A program made the translations under genes and the position numbers. The notes under the pieces are model-generated. The model made no database searches. It was not told the origin of the DNA and was given only the letters and a program-made list of their open reading frames with translations. DNA of 62,954 bases, the filler included, from Reticulomyxa filosa (Eukaryota > Protista > Foraminifera): NCBI GenBank assembly GCA_000512085.1. It is 24 parts of 24 records of this genome, joined end to end, with 100 filler letters (N's around TTAATTAATTAA, not from the genome) between each part and the next. Parts side by side here need not be neighbours in the genome. Positions count along the whole stretch, not along the records: positions 60,811 to 62,954 come from ASPP01006223.1; 23 more parts are not named here. One strand, given 5' to 3'. Shown here piece after piece: positions 61,241-62,954 of the stretch (positions within the stretch are counted from its first letter, which is position 1; every line of letters starts with the position of its first letter).

Positions 61241-62954
61241 TTACAATACTTTCCACAAATGTATTGTTCCATTCTTAGAATAGAAAGCAATAGTATTACC
61301 GTCTGAAGAAATATCAATCGCAAATACAATACCGCTGTCTATTTCTTGTGTTATTGTATCAAATTTTATATCCCGCAATTGAATGACTGAACCTTTCAAA
61401 CATGATAAAATTGTGCTTTTATTCGGAAAATATTTTGCATCATATCCACTAGCATAATCTGAATTCAATCTCTTCACTTGTGTTCCTGACGCCACGTCCC
61501 ATATTTGAATTGTACTGTCTTCCGAACATAGAATATATTTGCCATCAGATGAAAATTGCGCCTTCATTCTATATGAATACAATTGAAATGTACACAATCT
61601 TTTACCTGATTTTGCATTCCAAACACTAATTATGCCGTCCCTTGATGCCGATAAAATTTGTTGACAATCTGGTGAAAATTGTACATCCTTTATATTACGA
61701 TGCCCTTCAAGTATTAGAATTGGATGTTCGGATTGTACGTCCCATAATATTATTGTGCAATCCTCTGAGCAAGATACAATAGTCTTTCCATCTGATGAAA
61801 ATCGCGCTCTTATTACAGTGCCTTCATGTACTTTCAACTTTGTTATTTCAGTGCCGGATGTTATGTCCCATAATCGGATGGTTTCATCAGCAGAACAGGA
61901 TATAACCATTGTTCCATCGGGAGAAAATTGTGCGTGCTCAACAAAAGCTAAATGTCCTTTCAATACTTGAATTTCTTTTCCTGATGCAACATCCCATATT
62001 TTGATTGTGCGATCCAATAAAGGTGAAACAAATTTAGTGCCATCTGGTGAAAATTTTATACCGATTACCCCATGATGATTTTCAAACATTTTAAATGGCT
62101 TGAAATATGTTGGCTATATATTTATGTGCAAGCATGTAATAATTTTTTTTAAAAACAAACAAATAATACACATAATATATATGTACACACATATATGTAT
62201 ATGTATACCGTGATATATCGTAAAATGATCATGTTAAAATCATCAATCCATCCTATATTATTGACTGATGACAAATGCATCCATTGTTCAATTATCATTT
62301 CAATTTCCTTTTTTTTCTTTTTGTTTTTTTCCCAATTCAATGCAAATCCTTTCCAAAAAAAAAAAAAAATCCATTGGCACATACAACAAAATTACATAAC
62401 TTTCAACTTTTTGATATCTGGATTTTGTTTCATTTTTTTCAATTCCACTTTGCATTCTTCGATATCTGTTAGTTCTTTATCTTTCAACATCCATTGCTTT
62501 TCTATTTTTGTCTCTTTTTGTATCCATTCATTCACCTGCGTTTTCACGTGGATACATTCATTAGCATTTCCATCAGTAGTCCCAAAAATGTGTACAAAAT
62601 TCTTGTCCTCGCTCATTACGGCAACACAATCATCCAATGAAATTGGCACACTTTTTTCATATTTCAGCCATGTATTATCACTTAAATAATATCTGTAAAT
62701 CTTTTTTAAAGATCAGTATCACTACCCTCTCTGCCTCCAAAAAACAATATCAAATCATTGAAGCGAACACATCCAGACGAATGGAATGACTTAAAATGTT
62801 TATAAGTTCGTGCTTTATGATATTTAAAAATATTTTTGTCTTCATCATATCTAATTGACAATCTTATATTTCGATCAAATACAATCATTTCATTAATTGA
62901 TTCATTTGTTGCAAAACAACAACGTTCCATGGCATTGTCAATTGGCAATTTACT
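61241..62954 (-). CDS. Kelch repeats - coiled coil - helical box - WD40 (family B) fusion; exons >62954-62401, 62307-62209, 62113-61241; 1-nt slip near 62708
   Basis: Kelch blades (LILFFGG...KKIYRYYLSDNTW...VPISL.DCVAV...VHIFG) and two phase-0 GT-AG introns that splice in frame. WD40 repeats of the LKGHLAFVEHAQFSPDG...DETIRLWD type. Confidence 0.82.

Noticed and set aside
1-62954. rRNA, tRNA, CRISPR arrays, telomeric repeats, transposase or reverse transcriptase ORFs
   Set aside because: None recognised by eye. tRNAscan-SE, Infernal and profile searches were not run, so small RNAs could have been missed.

Overview
This window is not one locus. It is 24 short contigs joined by 23 artificial 100-nt linkers (N44-TTAATTAATTAA-N44), so gene order across linkers means nothing. 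23 contigs are AT-rich eukaryotic DNA with short GT-AG introns. The gene families (IGGNGYTICSGS-type WD40s, RING/TRAF-zinc-finger-WD40s, Kelch proteins, caspase-like and ART-like proteins) resemble, from recall, the foraminiferan Reticulomyxa filosa or a close relative; this is not database-verified. One contig (21775-23704) is high-GC bacterial DNA carrying kup. Housekeeping genes or fragments include RRP5, an AFG3L2/FtsH-type protease, a PRL phosphatase, a G-alpha, an SNF5-like protein, FAAH, an SCYL1-like remnant, a GH5 mannanase, a GH18 chitinase, a histidine phosphatase, an RCC1-repeat protein and a 2OG-Fe(II) oxygenase. The most interesting signal is a fast-turnover modular repertoire. 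WD40 and Kelch propellers carry interchangeable heads: either a RING-TRAF-coiled-coil, or a 33-34 aa 'IIExW...GWIxDFN' box encoded by its own phase-0 symmetric exon. Catalytically altered caspase-like and ADP-ribosyltransferase-like genes and many decayed copies also occur. I found a TA-targeting Tc1/mariner-type MITE family (5 copies, one complete, one truncating the ART gene) and a solo-LTR family (2 copies, one with a GTCT target duplication). All product calls come from motif recognition by eye; no searches were run.
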